Below, one piece after another: positions 58,201 to 64,000 of a stretch of DNA of 64,000 nucleotides. The stretch lies in assembly GCA_045604105.1 (NCBI GenBank), contig JAZUNJ010000024.1, positions 44,956 to 108,955 of the forward strand. The letters are read 5' to 3'. Position 1 is the first letter of the stretch, and the number at the start of each line of letters is the position of its first letter. The notes under the pieces were generated by a model. It searched no databases, was not told where the DNA came from, and saw only the letters and a list, made by a program, of their open reading frames with translations. Position numbers and translations under genes: made by a program. Origin of the DNA: Acutalibacteraceae bacterium. Its GTDB lineage: Bacteria > Bacillota > Clostridia > Oscillospirales > Acutalibacteraceae.

Positions 58201-59249
58201 TCCTGCATATCTTTTGCAGACTGAATTGAAGCCTTCTGTGTTGCAACTGCTGTTGCAAATGAACCGAAGAGCTTGCTATAGGTTGAAGCGCCGCCGACAT
58301 AAGTCTGTGTGCTTGCAACAGCTGCATCAAAATCTGAAAGGAAGGTGTCGATTGTGCCGTTATTTACCTTTGCAAGAAGATCATCAAAGCTTACTGATGT
58401 GAAAGCATTGATAGCTGCTGCATGAGCATCAACGGTTGTTTTTGCTGCTGTGTTTGAATTCTGATTATAAGCGGGTGCTGAGGGAGGAGTCTGCACATAG
58501 TTGTGGAAACGCCAATAGGTTGTCAGACCGGATTTCGAAGTATAATAGCCTCTGGTCATTGCAAAAACATATTTAACACCGAGATCAATTGTTGATTCAA
58601 CATTTGTGTATGCACCGATTGAATCAAGATAGCCCTTGTATGCTTCATCCTTGGCTTTGATAATGAGTGTGTTAGTGTGGTTTGCGGGAGTTGTTGAAGA
58701 AGAGGGATTACTTAAAAGGGGCTTCCTCTTTTCCTCATAGTCGTCGTGCTGTCTTGCCTTTGAGTCGTCAAGAACAAGCTTGAGGAAGTACACTACAGGC
58801 TCAGTCATTGTACAACCGTATTTGGGAAGCTTTTTCTCAAATTCAGTGTACATATGCGTTGCACTTGTGCATGTTCTTGTTGCTGCGTCACCTGAACCGG
58901 TCTTTCCGATTTCTTCAGAAGCCATAATTGCTTCATGGAAGAGAGCAACAAGATTTTTAAGTGTTGCGTACTGATGGTATGTGTTAACTGTGAGTGTTGT
59001 TGTGTTAACAATGTTATTGGTGCTGCCGGCACTACCTGTTGCAGCGGTGTTGCCGTAAGAACCAAAATCTTTGTTATACACCTGCGCAAGAACATCTGAG
59101 CTGTTCTTGAGTGCATTGGCGAAAGTTTCAAACTTTGTGTCATCCGCCGCTGCGGCTGTAAAGCTGATAGTGCCAAAGCAAACGCTCATGCTTGACATAA
59201 TCATAATTACAGCAAGCAGAACGCTTAAAAGTTTTTTGGTAACTTTCAT
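49293..59249 (-). CDS. Giant secreted repeat protein (3318 aa), six ~400-aa modules, unknown function
   Basis: RBS ggagga and signal peptide (MKVTKKLLSVLLAVIMIMSSMSVCFGTISFTAAAA). The reading frame is uninterrupted. Repeated cores are YPNDWTEEKAQY(I/L)ADNLP, GLKAYKAPE, ING(A/G)xGYxxGLxxLLEALGC and LLPNLIYFLNANG. The C-terminal tail is IAFFQRIIEWFNKIIEWFKNLFN. A strong terminator lies downstream. Confidence 0.85.
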   Translation of the reverse strand: MKVTKKLLSVLLAVIMIMSSMSVCFGTISFTAAAADDTKFETFANALKNSSDVLAQVYNKDFGSYGNTAATGSAGSTNNIVNTTTLTVNTYHQYATLKNLVALFHEAIMASEEIGKTGSGDAATRTCTSATHMYTEFEKKLPKYGCTMTEPVVYFLKLVLDDSKARQHDDYEEKRKPLLSNPSSSTTPANHTNTLIIKAKDEAYKGYLDSIGAYTNVESTIDLGVKYVFAMTRGYYTSKSGLTTYWRFHNYVQTPPSAPAYNQNSNTAAKTTVDAHAAAINAFTSVSFDDLLAKVNNGTIDTFLSDFDAAVASTQTYVGGASTYSKLFGSFATAVATQKASIQSAKDMQEFLPIVENYKNFIAANPSYGVFSWGEGGGANNWGAFGEKGSATHAKMEADYLTFMGYYDALVAGGTVLDYFVNNGDIDMNYLYNFTDNYQVYYLNDSRNAADNFYNTYKDTYKDYETVEQQSLYSEISGYINAIGTYRSNARGGELQVINAVYSEGYVYLLDLQEELKCEINEYVLYFAENAHKSFVGLKTEDVYAKIQEVKEQKLGLDEFYNTLTYARRDLLLGQIRTDADNMLDGLYRLLADRFTAQVNAVDAVYNELERPTTLDMMSYLKLKAVVVPLEDGWDKLYHAENYDDDATNNKGKSDGIQDYLNNEGKGSYISADTMNTYNAYFDEIYYEYCRYATTFGFADYEQTVIDYEDRDVYPNDEVRKDAYEVTEQNLLNLVNDLDTIITSDLVGSLINEDGSALDIGALLSDTVKGFLFKDDFINTFIQLLYPLVLNEFTKAFSNLPSEASGMKVTYNKDFYTVCKETGLELYPDLLAGVLDETKYPETVAMLKAAGGYDDSWTSVHILDTETGKLKFVWGIDEIEDLEEREAKFYEVFADAAEGIKPLLTALITNINWEPDSILQFAHALVLNVTLDLGAYGNPGYANTLVPIYELLGVPYTPVASIEGNDDIAYVLKEILKPIFTFLETLGEKPVDTILGILPNLVYALAFGMVKPLLNNLTTKVWYKAGVIGGGAVTVVSDGVDIFLGDILITSDEGALLPESMFAGGINSLLSNFGLELPAIDQTTLATLGKLTKVSTGRKAAIYSGVNAGEAYTIVADKAGVGYYLLSYILNAVKDEAALTSLLGLFMTQKDENGVAIKDANGKTIPDEEAIAGLKKVIYEDLNLDEMDVGDVIAAIVELANQTEYPVGGYYWYDGSKGTQTPLTPADEIYLSYDNDWTEGKAEYLYDNLDAIVSGIIKTIDAESTFDIEDELASKINALYSNANLTALAKLLAGLDLNALLAGDTETAEEGGEAEAPAFDINALLKDELGIDLAVFAQYKDLADDYNWGFEDGNGAAFGAKLVQLLAPFRPAIDFIFAGKDLTLIDSAITLQGYKGYDNAIVPLLEALGCDNVTALGENEDALAKLVDALITRLARLTNNKYNSTIKDMLDSIPGVIYYLASDGLSQGVDKLLTPVYAVLDTIRPLFDINLAEMIKTATESTGLNIDLKHLDINFVVDLLYKLLGLDIDFLGTLVYDVCKHIGVEYDSASTLNSTWKKGAFHNDFEAHDLLTVILSYVLEWGAKPNNAAALDKLIGTDIISKLEGVFADLGEFDYAEPNWYYWFDSQEALDAYIATGAGLPNTLYALEYPNDWTEEKAQYIADNLPELADLVIGLINKDKADAPATVSALLSDLLNGYLTADSLNQLVGLITGLLEDIDANLIEAAGRLLDVDINGLKAYKAPEIVATEDKTLTEAFAAELANVLDTYAGGLINWLFFGDDYRFAKKTDLNDTIVINGGYGYEKGLALILEALGADAPTAEKATTANVLGALAARVDEILEKPVDEVVELLPNLIYFLNANGAGVAIGNLLAPVNALLTKLQAFGLNVSLSDLIKFKKADGTEFVLNLEELSLADVVEILEAVLPEFNFAVVEDYLVNFCTGKITKGNYIYRMDAAKSDVVTIILTIALIFVQDEANAAALDKAIGTDIISALDEVFESTPVEYIKPNYNYFNGEINYDEGTIEVIESAITYPNDWTEEKAQYLADNLPALVDIVVGMVSDHDSLAALLKSEVDVFTSKTLDDLVGLITKLLGNVDDKLLSLGVLLKVDLVGLKAYKAPEGIDTVEEFALELANVLNTYAKGVVEWLLLGDDIKLFVNDVDAKGTKLEGTDIITINGAQGYAEGLAPLLEALGCQNLPEVYGVENLKTEDVVVAVLKSVAARIGEIFNSPVERALDILPNLIYFLNANGVAASVNNLAGAFNALALKLKAFGLNITLDDLVNIEELCGIEKDLAIGLDNLTIEAILELVSEITGLNLTVLKDVLTGFALGKVTAYDSVSSFDYTAKMEYADEFDKHDMITVLVTAALLVAVEDEENAAKLDEMIGTEIISALKDVFADVEIIYTVPDWDYPLADNGTVDAMKYAITYPNNWNEATAQYVTDNLPELADLVASLIDSNYDSLSALLNDKVNVFTSENLQAVVDLLANLLKDIDNGLLDAAGVLLGADVVGLKAYKAPEGITTVDAFASELANVLNTYAKGLVEWFLLGNDYRFFVKDVDDNDLPVDFIVINGAQGYAEGLALLLEALGCENLPTVYGAETTTEEIVSGVLNSLAARIDEILENPVEEVIALLPNLLYFLNTNGVAAVVDNTLAAITVLLTKLEALGVNVDINELVNLQKLMNIEGKGATIDLDHLAMKDILQAVSLMTGLDLTKLENVLVGFGLGQVNEYDSVSISVAKKMTYVDEFDKYDMVTVLANLIVLTLADSANKDFVEDLVGEDAYKVIDYIFNKGVVPADIQEFDWKFVDKADTGYAFSAIESSKLYLTNHKYGPLYTEEMAQYIADNVGDFINNIIYLLGININGVSIDNLNELIDELINGGLYNSKNVIAIRDALAGVLDGIVNLEAKGKNVGKHIAAVLKTAGIADIAAVAKVEVPEFTDDRAQFVASLCDVLEPLYGVLKWVLADEDIALLAKEGANGPVDAIKLEGAEGYAYGIIPLLETLECDNVMTPADYYAAVEANGDVLLTSILNPLLDRVDEIMVDPAEEILSMLPNLIYFINSNGVDTVVKNTLNAVYALLDAIEPIAKIDLYEIIGLDLSTLTFEKLFEMLLDMIADATGYRFENLNASAVSELTIGTLVSYESANGKTAYRMIYQSEEAKTEMVTVVMRLIVTFIMHENNQEILLGLLRDHLGMTADAEKYVRGVLDTIATCATETYLGMDKALATLYYLFYGADLGVGETAGGLKDINAQWQQILKDLGMSDDPNEQTIGNLLAQFLDTNFEDILTSEGIAPNGLIAFFQRIIEWFNKIIEWFKNLFN
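49600..57000 (-). repeat. Six tandem ~1.16-1.37 kb coding modules inside the giant gene
   Basis: LPN(L)(I/V)Y-encoding segments recur at about 50085, 51350, 52525, 53685, 54885 and 56255. (Y)PNDWTE-type segments recur at about 50760, 51960, 53150, 54295 and 55545. Outer boundaries are approximate. Confidence 0.8.
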
Positions 59250-59302
59250 TTTGTTTCCTCCATTTAGAGTTTTTGTATAAAACGAATTTATACTCTTGTT
59301 TT

Positions 59303-59391
59303 CTGCTGAAAAGCTTCAGCGGTTTTTCAGCCACCGGAGTAGCTGGTTTTTAGCTACCGGAGCAGCTGTTTTTTGCTGAAAAATTTTCAGC
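59303..59391. repeat. Cluster of two GCTGAA/TTCAGC palindromes flanking a 17-nt direct repeat, each unit separated by T5-6
   Basis: ctgctgaaaagcttcagcgg (59303-59322), cagccaccggagtagctgg, agctaccggagcagctg and gctgaaaaattttcagc (59375-59391). The cluster lies 55-140 nt upstream of the giant gene start. Confidence 0.7.
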
Positions 59392-59532
59392 ATGCCAATG
59401 GTATAAACCATTGTGTCTTAAACAATAAGACAGGGGATAAATACGTTTTTGTCTTTGAATCGCCTCCTTGTTTTTACCGATTGTATTGCATTGAAGTCCA
59501 TAAAATACGGACTTCCACATATATACATGCAT

Positions 59533-59561
59533 ATAATACTATATATATTCTTTTTTAGCAA
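59533..59561 (-). promoter_or_regulatory. Promoter candidate for the giant gene (implies a ~275-nt leader)
   Basis: The minus strand reads TTGCTA, a 17-nt spacer, then TATTAT. Sequence match only. Confidence 0.35.
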
Positions 59562-59660
59562 TAGAAAAGCCGCCCTTTTAGCCATTTTTAATACCTTTTA
59601 AGAATTTATTCATACGTTAAAAACCGACTTTATTTTGTTCACAATAAGCATTATTTTTTA

Positions 59661-59688
59661 TTGACTTTTTGTGCTTCAGTGTGATAAT
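59661..59688 (+). promoter_or_regulatory. Sigma-A-type promoter candidate for the DUF285 LRR gene
   Basis: TTGACT (59661-59666), a 16-nt spacer ending in TGt, then GATAAT (59683-59688). Confidence 0.5.
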
Positions 59689-59728
59689 ATAATTGTGTAT
59701 AATTTTAAGCTTCCGGGAGGAATTGATT

Positions 59729-61174
59729 ATGAAGTCTGTTATGAAGAAAACACTTGCACTGCTTCTTGCACTGGTTCTCAGCTTCAGCGTAACAACTGTT
59801 GCTCTTGGTGCACTTGGTACGGGCGGTGTTATGAAAAGCTACTCGGCAACCTCAATTGAGGATTTCCATGCCGAAGAATTTGAGGGGAGAATAGGAAGAA
59901 TAATCTTCCTCAACCTTTCTGAAGAAGATTTCCCTGATAATGTTACATATGTTGCTGAAATGGACCTTTCCGCAAGTGAGGACACAGGTACCGTAACAGC
60001 AAAGCTTGTTCTTAGCCAGAACATTGCAGGCATTAATAACCTTGATATGTATATCGGTGCCTATGACGGTGTAATTGCCCCTGCAGACTGCTCCTATCTT
60101 TTTGCAGAAACAGGCGTCAGAGAGGTTATTGGCCTTGAAAATTTTGACACCTCAGGTGTAACAAGCATGAAGGCTATGTTCAAAAACTGCGGACTTCGTG
60201 AGTTCAATCTTGATGATTTCGGCGATACCTCCAATGTAAGAGACATGTCCTTTATGTTCAACGATTGCTGGTATCTTGAAAAAATCACAGCCCAAAGCTT
60301 TGATACTTCATCCGTTTCACACTTTGAGCATATGTTTGCAGGCTGTTCAGCTCTTACTGAATTCAAGGTGAAAAACCTTGACCTTTCATCTGCATCTGAC
60401 CTTAATTACATGTTCTATGAATGTGTTCTTCTCACTGAGGCTGACCTCAGCACATGGAAAAACACGTCAGGCATGGTAAGCGTAAATGCTTTCAGAAACT
60501 GTCCTGCACTCGAAACCGTAAAGCTCAGCAACTGGGATCTTTCATCACTTGTAACCCTTGACGGCATTTTTGCTGCCTGTGCTGCTCTTACTGATGTGTA
60601 TCTTTGCGGTGTTACTCAGCCGACCGGCTTTTCATCATCATGGGATAATCCTCTCAAGGGTACAGACGGAATTAATGTGCACACAGATGATATCGATTTC
60701 ACCTCAACACCTCTTTGGAAGGACTGCTTTGGTAAGGGTATTGACGTGAATGTTGTTTATGAGCTCAATGATACTGCTGATATGGTAAATATTGACTTCG
60801 AAAGAAACGAAGCAGTTGAGTATTACACTGTAACAGTAAACGGCGATGTGAGAACCATCTATGGCGGCTCATCGATGAACATCAGAAAAGGTACCGAAAT
60901 TGCAATTGATATCAAAGCTTCAGAAGAAGCAAATCCCATGTCACTGAATGTGAACGGCGGTATATTCGATTTCGGCACATCCTTCACTGTTGAATGTGAC
61001 ACCACCGTTTCAATTCAGACCTACCACGACACAACACCCATCGTGCCCGACAAGGCAGAGCAGACTCTCACCGGTGCAATTTTTGCAATCAGAGATTTCA
61101 TAAACAGAATCATCGATATTCTTCAGGGCTTCTTCGGAAGATTCATGCCCTGGATACCGGAAGTTGAAGAATAA
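59729..61174 (+). CDS. Secreted BspA-family/DUF285-type leucine-rich-repeat surface protein with C-terminal amphipathic tail
   Basis: RBS gggagg and signal peptide. DUF285-like repeats are present (FDTSGVTSMKAMFKNC; GDTSNVRDMSFMFNDC; FDTSSVSHFEHMFAGC; LSSASDLNYMFYEC). The C-terminus is AIFAIRDFINRIIDILQGFFGRF. Confidence 0.75.
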   Translation: MKSVMKKTLALLLALVLSFSVTTVALGALGTGGVMKSYSATSIEDFHAEEFEGRIGRIIFLNLSEEDFPDNVTYVAEMDLSASEDTGTVTAKLVLSQNIAGINNLDMYIGAYDGVIAPADCSYLFAETGVREVIGLENFDTSGVTSMKAMFKNCGLREFNLDDFGDTSNVRDMSFMFNDCWYLEKITAQSFDTSSVSHFEHMFAGCSALTEFKVKNLDLSSASDLNYMFYECVLLTEADLSTWKNTSGMVSVNAFRNCPALETVKLSNWDLSSLVTLDGIFAACAALTDVYLCGVTQPTGFSSSWDNPLKGTDGINVHTDDIDFTSTPLWKDCFGKGIDVNVVYELNDTADMVNIDFERNEAVEYYTVTVNGDVRTIYGGSSMNIRKGTEIAIDIKASEEANPMSLNVNGGIFDFGTSFTVECDTTVSIQTYHDTTPIVPDKAEQTLTGAIFAIRDFINRIIDILQGFFGRFMPWIPEVEE

Positions 61175-61213
61175 AGAATAATTCTTCAGCCGATAAAAAT
61201 GAATGAATAAAAT

Positions 61214-61257
61214 AAGAGGTAACGCGGATATAATATCTGCATTACCTCTTTTGTTTT
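61214..61257 (+). terminator. Terminator of the DUF285 LRR gene
   Basis: agaggtaacgcggatat-aat-atctgcattacctct followed by tttgttttt. Confidence 0.7.
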
Positions 61258-61298
61258 TGTGTATAATTTCATATAAGTCAAGGTCAGAAAATGGAGAT

Positions 61299-62162
61299 TT
61301 ATTCTATTCCCTTAAGAGCCTCAAGCTCTTTTTTGTCAACACGAATCTGAGAATCCTTGATAACATTAACCTTTTTTCTGCTTACAACAATGGGAGCTGC
61401 ATCGGGCTTTTTGTCAAGGGAAACCTTGAGCATACCTGTAAGAAGATTAAAGTCAACAACAGTGCCTCTTCCTTCCTCAGTGTCAACAATTGCACCGTTT
61501 TTGGGTGTAACCCTGAGAAGATGCTCGTATGCATCCTGCTCATATTTGAGACAGCACATGAGTCTTCCGCAGGTGCCGCTGATTTTAACAGGGGAGAGTG
61601 AGAGACTCTGCTCCTTTGCCATTTTGATTGATACAGGCTGGAAGTCTCCAAGGAAGGTGTTGCAGCAGAAGGGTCTGCCGCAGATGCCGAGTCCGCCCAC
61701 CTTTTTGCTCTCGTCTCTGACACCGATTTGTCTGAGCTCAATTCGGGTGCGGAAAACGGAAGCGAGGTCCTTGACAAGATCTCTGAAATCCACTCTGCCG
61801 TCAGCTGTAAAGTAGAAAAGAATCTTATTTCTGTCAAAGGTATATTCAACATCAACAAGCTTCATCTGAAGCTTGTGAGCCTGAATTTTTTTAAGGGCAA
61901 TGTCAAAGGCTTCCTTTTCCTTTGCTCTGTTTTCAGAAACGGTCTTAAGGTCAGCTTCCGTTGCAAGTCTTATAACGGGCTTGAGTGCTGAGGGGATTTC
62001 ATCCTCCGGAATATCTCTGTTTGCAATTGTAACCTCACCGCATTCAAGACCTCTTGCGGTTTCAACAATTACCTTGTCGCCTTTTTTGAATTCTTTTCCA
62101 AGGGGGTCAAAGTGGTAATACTTTCCCACTTCCTTGAATCTGACTGAAATAACTTCTGCCAT
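61299..62162 (-). CDS. yaaT: PSP1-domain protein (YaaT/RicT, stage 0 sporulation / RNA maturation factor)
   Basis: MAEVISVRFKEVGKYYHFDP...CGRPFCCNTFL...CGRLMCCLKYE are typical YaaT Cys motifs. It lies downstream of holB, as in Bacillus. Confidence 0.85.
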   Translation of the reverse strand: MAEVISVRFKEVGKYYHFDPLGKEFKKGDKVIVETARGLECGEVTIANRDIPEDEIPSALKPVIRLATEADLKTVSENRAKEKEAFDIALKKIQAHKLQMKLVDVEYTFDRNKILFYFTADGRVDFRDLVKDLASVFRTRIELRQIGVRDESKKVGGLGICGRPFCCNTFLGDFQPVSIKMAKEQSLSLSPVKISGTCGRLMCCLKYEQDAYEHLLRVTPKNGAIVDTEEGRGTVVDFNLLTGMLKVSLDKKPDAAPIVVSRKKVNVIKDSQIRVDKKELEALKGIE

Positions 62163-62197
62163 TTATATCATCCTTTCAGGGAGTGTTTTTATAGTTG

Positions 62198-63079
62198 TCA
62201 GTGCGATTTTATGTCATAAAGAAGGGCTGAAAGCCGTGTGATTGAAAGGTTGTGGTTTGCACTGAGAGCCACTGCATCGCTCAGCTGCTGAATACCCTCA
62301 AGAAGCTCCAGGTTTTTCTTTTGTGTAAGCACTGCAGAAATACGCTTGGCTGTGTCCTCATATCCTGATATAAGGCTTTTGCCTCCGCTTTGTATAATGA
62401 GAGCGTCACGTATAATAGGAATCATGGAAGAAAGAGTTGCCTTGAAAAGGGACTTGTCCTTCTGGAAGGCAGCTGTTTTCTGAATAAAATAAAACTCATT
62501 TGAGCTTAAGAAAACGCTGAGAAGCTCGTTAGCAAATTCCTTTCCCTCATCAGCCTTGTCGGCTTGCACGGTGTCATATTTTTCCTGACCGAGTGAATAT
62601 ACCGTTGTTCTTGAAATAACCGTTTCAAGAAAAGCAGACTTGGAGGGACAGGTGAGAATGAAGCAGACATGTTGTGAGGGCTCTTCAAGAATTTTCAGAA
62701 GAGCGTTCTGTGCCTGCGGGTTCATATACTGTGCTTCACGGATGATGAACACGCTTTTGCTTCCCTCGTTCGGGAACACAAGAGCCATGGCGCGTATGCT
62801 TCTCACAGCGTCAACCTTTATCATGGTGCTGTCTTCTTCCTTCTGAAGAATATGAACATCAGGGTGAATTGCCTTGTCGCATTTCATGCAGGCAGTGCAT
62901 GTGTTGCAGGGCACTGTGTCGCCTTTGCAAAGCAGAGCCTTTGCAATTTCCCCGGCGGCACTGAAGCGTGTTTCGTCATCACTGCCTTCAAGAATGAGTG
63001 CATGTGAAATTCTGCCTGAACGGATTGCGGAGCTGACAGAGCTTTTAAAAGCCGGTGTCACGTTAAGGTTTTCAAACAC
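62198..63079 (-). CDS. holB: DNA polymerase III delta-prime subunit
   Basis: ISHALILEG...AKALLC....PCNTCTACMKCDKAIHPDVHIL...NALLKILEEP are canonical HolB motifs. GTG start. Confidence 0.85.
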   Translation of the reverse strand: MFENLNVTPAFKSSVSSAIRSGRISHALILEGSDDETRFSAAGEIAKALLCKGDTVPCNTCTACMKCDKAIHPDVHILQKEEDSTMIKVDAVRSIRAMALVFPNEGSKSVFIIREAQYMNPQAQNALLKILEEPSQHVCFILTCPSKSAFLETVISRTTVYSLGQEKYDTVQADKADEGKEFANELLSVFLSSNEFYFIQKTAAFQKDKSLFKATLSSMIPIIRDALIIQSGGKSLISGYEDTAKRISAVLTQKKNLELLEGIQQLSDAVALSANHNLSITRLSALLYDIKSH

Positions 63080-63193
63080 TGCACAAATCTCCCTTCAGTC
63101 ACATAATCCATAACATTATATAATAAAATGCTGATTATTACAAGAGCTACAGAAAAATATTTGTGTGGTTTATTTTTACTTTTTGTTATGCGA

Positions 63194-63222
63194 TTGACAA
63201 AGGTGAAAAAGGCTGATAAAAT
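63194..63222 (+). promoter_or_regulatory. Sigma-A-type promoter candidate for the ZIP transporter
   Basis: TTGACA (63194-63199), a 17-nt spacer, then TAAAAT (63217-63222). It lies about 30 nt upstream of the ATG. Confidence 0.5.
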
Positions 63223-63251
63223 TATAAAAAATAAATTTGAGGGGTGAAAGA

Positions 63252-64000
63252 ATGAAACTTGTTCTGCTCACTGCGGCAGGTGTTGGAGCTGCCACCTTTT
63301 TCGGTTCATTTCTGGGTTTTGTTTTTAAAAAAGTTTCTCACAAGTTCTCCGATATTGTGCTTTCCTTCGCAGCGGGAGTAATGCTCGCTGCCGCTGTTCT
63401 GGGGCTGATTATTCCCTCTCTTGAGCACAGCGGAAAATACGGCGTAATTGTTACTGTTGCAGGTATTTTTGTTGGTGCCGTGTGCCTTAATTTAATCGAT
63501 AAGCTTGTGCCGCATCTTCACAGATTAGTGGGTGCTGATGTGGAAGAGCATCACAACTCAAATCTCAGCAAGGTGCTGCTGTTTGTTACTGCGATTGCAA
63601 TTCATAACTTGCCTGAAGGCATTGCGGCAGGTGTGGGCTTCGGCTCAGGTGACACATCTCAGGCGCTGATTATTGCAGGGGGTATAGCTCTGCAGAATAT
63701 TCCCGAGGGTATGGTAATCATCGGTCCTATGCTTGCTGCAGGGGTAACACCGAAGAAAACCTTTATATGCGCAGTAATAACGGGCGTTGTAGAAGTAATA
63801 GGAACCCTGATAGGCTATTTTGCAGTCAGCATTGCATCCGCAATTTTGCCCTTTGCCCTGGCCTTTGCAGGCGGAACAATGCTTTATGTAATAAGTGATG
63901 AAATGATACCGGAAACTCATGCTCACGGCAGTGAAAGGGGAGCGACCTATGCTCTGATTTTCGGCTTTTGCGTTATGCTTGTTACGGATTATCTGCTTGG
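63252..64000 (+). CDS. ZIP-family divalent metal (zinc) transporter, 3'-truncated by window end
   Basis: Not in the ORF track because no stop lies in the window. My translation reads MKLVLLTAAGVGAATFFGS...AIAIHNLPEGIAAGVGF...ALQNIPEGMVI...GGTMLYVISDEMIPETH, matching ZupT/GufA-type motifs. Confidence 0.8.
   Translation, partial: MKLVLLTAAGVGAATFFGSFLGFVFKKVSHKFSDIVLSFAAGVMLAAAVLGLIIPSLEHSGKYGVIVTVAGIFVGAVCLNLIDKLVPHLHRLVGADVEEHHNSNLSKVLLFVTAIAIHNLPEGIAAGVGFGSGDTSQALIIAGGIALQNIPEGMVIIGPMLAAGVTPKKTFICAVITGVVEVIGTLIGYFAVSIASAILPFALAFAGGTMLYVISDEMIPETHAHGSERGATYALIFGFCVMLVTDYLL

Noticed and set aside
49293-59249. The idea that the giant protein is a known adhesin or toxin class (RTX, cohesin/dockerin scaffoldin, LPXTG-anchored MSCRAMM, SLH-anchored, large clostridial toxin)
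   Set aside because: I found no GGxGxD nonapeptides, no dockerin DxNxDGxxD pairs, no LPXTG plus TM C-terminus, no SLH motifs, and no glucosyltransferase or autoprotease motifs. The repeats are long helical modules rather than beta-rich Ig-like units.
59350-59558. Two ~60-aa ORFs (one per strand) in the giant-gene / DUF285-gene intergenic region
   Set aside because: They overlap each other and the palindrome and promoter region, and have no RBS in proper register. The AAGGAGG on the minus strand at about 59465-59471 is not followed by a start codon at a usable distance.
61203-61601. 132-aa plus-strand ORF overlapping the terminator and the 3' end of yaaT
   Set aside because: It starts inside the terminator hairpin region and runs antisense to the conserved PSP1 gene.
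1-64000. I looked for CRISPR arrays, tRNA/rRNA genes, transposases, integrases, phage genes, reverse transcriptase/DGR repeats and toxin-antitoxin pairs.
   Set aside because: I saw no regularly spaced direct repeats with unique spacers, no cloverleaf-like GC-rich segments in intergenic regions, and no ORF with recombinase or RT motifs. The absence is by eye only. tRNAscan-SE, Infernal and ISEScan would be decisive.

Overview
This 64-kb window looks like chromosomal DNA from a low-GC, spore-forming Firmicute. Gene content (spoIVB, yaaT/PSP1, holB) and codon style suggest a Clostridia or Oscillospiraceae-like organism, but that is inference only. I support about 40 protein-coding genes. I saw no rRNA, tRNA, CRISPR array, transposase or integrase by eye.

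Ordinary blocks:
- a pgk-tpiA-gpmI glycolytic cluster
- topB plus an M16 peptidase pair
- ftsE-ftsX-M23-S41-like cell-division hydrolase operon
- a GT2/TagF-type teichoic-acid-like synthase
- spoIVB and holB-yaaT
- putP with a CdaR/PucR-type regulator
- an AraC/GPH/GH2 sugar locus
- small housekeeping genes (thiamine pyrophosphokinase, ArsC-family, DUF896, GNAT)

Most interesting observations:
1. A divergently transcribed pair at 2.8-7.3 kb. One gene encodes a 1021-aa tandem-TIR + Sel1 + TPR protein. The other encodes a 414-aa protein that reads like a CARF-type Rossmann domain fused to a PD-(D/E)xK nuclease (Card1/Can2 or DUF1887-like). There is no CRISPR-Cas nearby. This is a candidate nucleotide-signalling defence module with an undescribed producer/effector combination.
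2. A 3318-aa secreted protein (49.3-59.2 kb) containing six ~400-aa modules of an unrecognised helical repeat.
3. A two-module paralog of that protein at 16.5-18.7 kb. Both loci have the same divergent layout, each paired with a secreted partner protein.
4. A shared C-terminal aromatic amphipathic tail on three secreted proteins.
5. An (ATGCARA)n heptad element directly 3' of each of the three glycolytic ORFs.

All functional calls come from reading the translations and from remembered family motifs. No searches were run.
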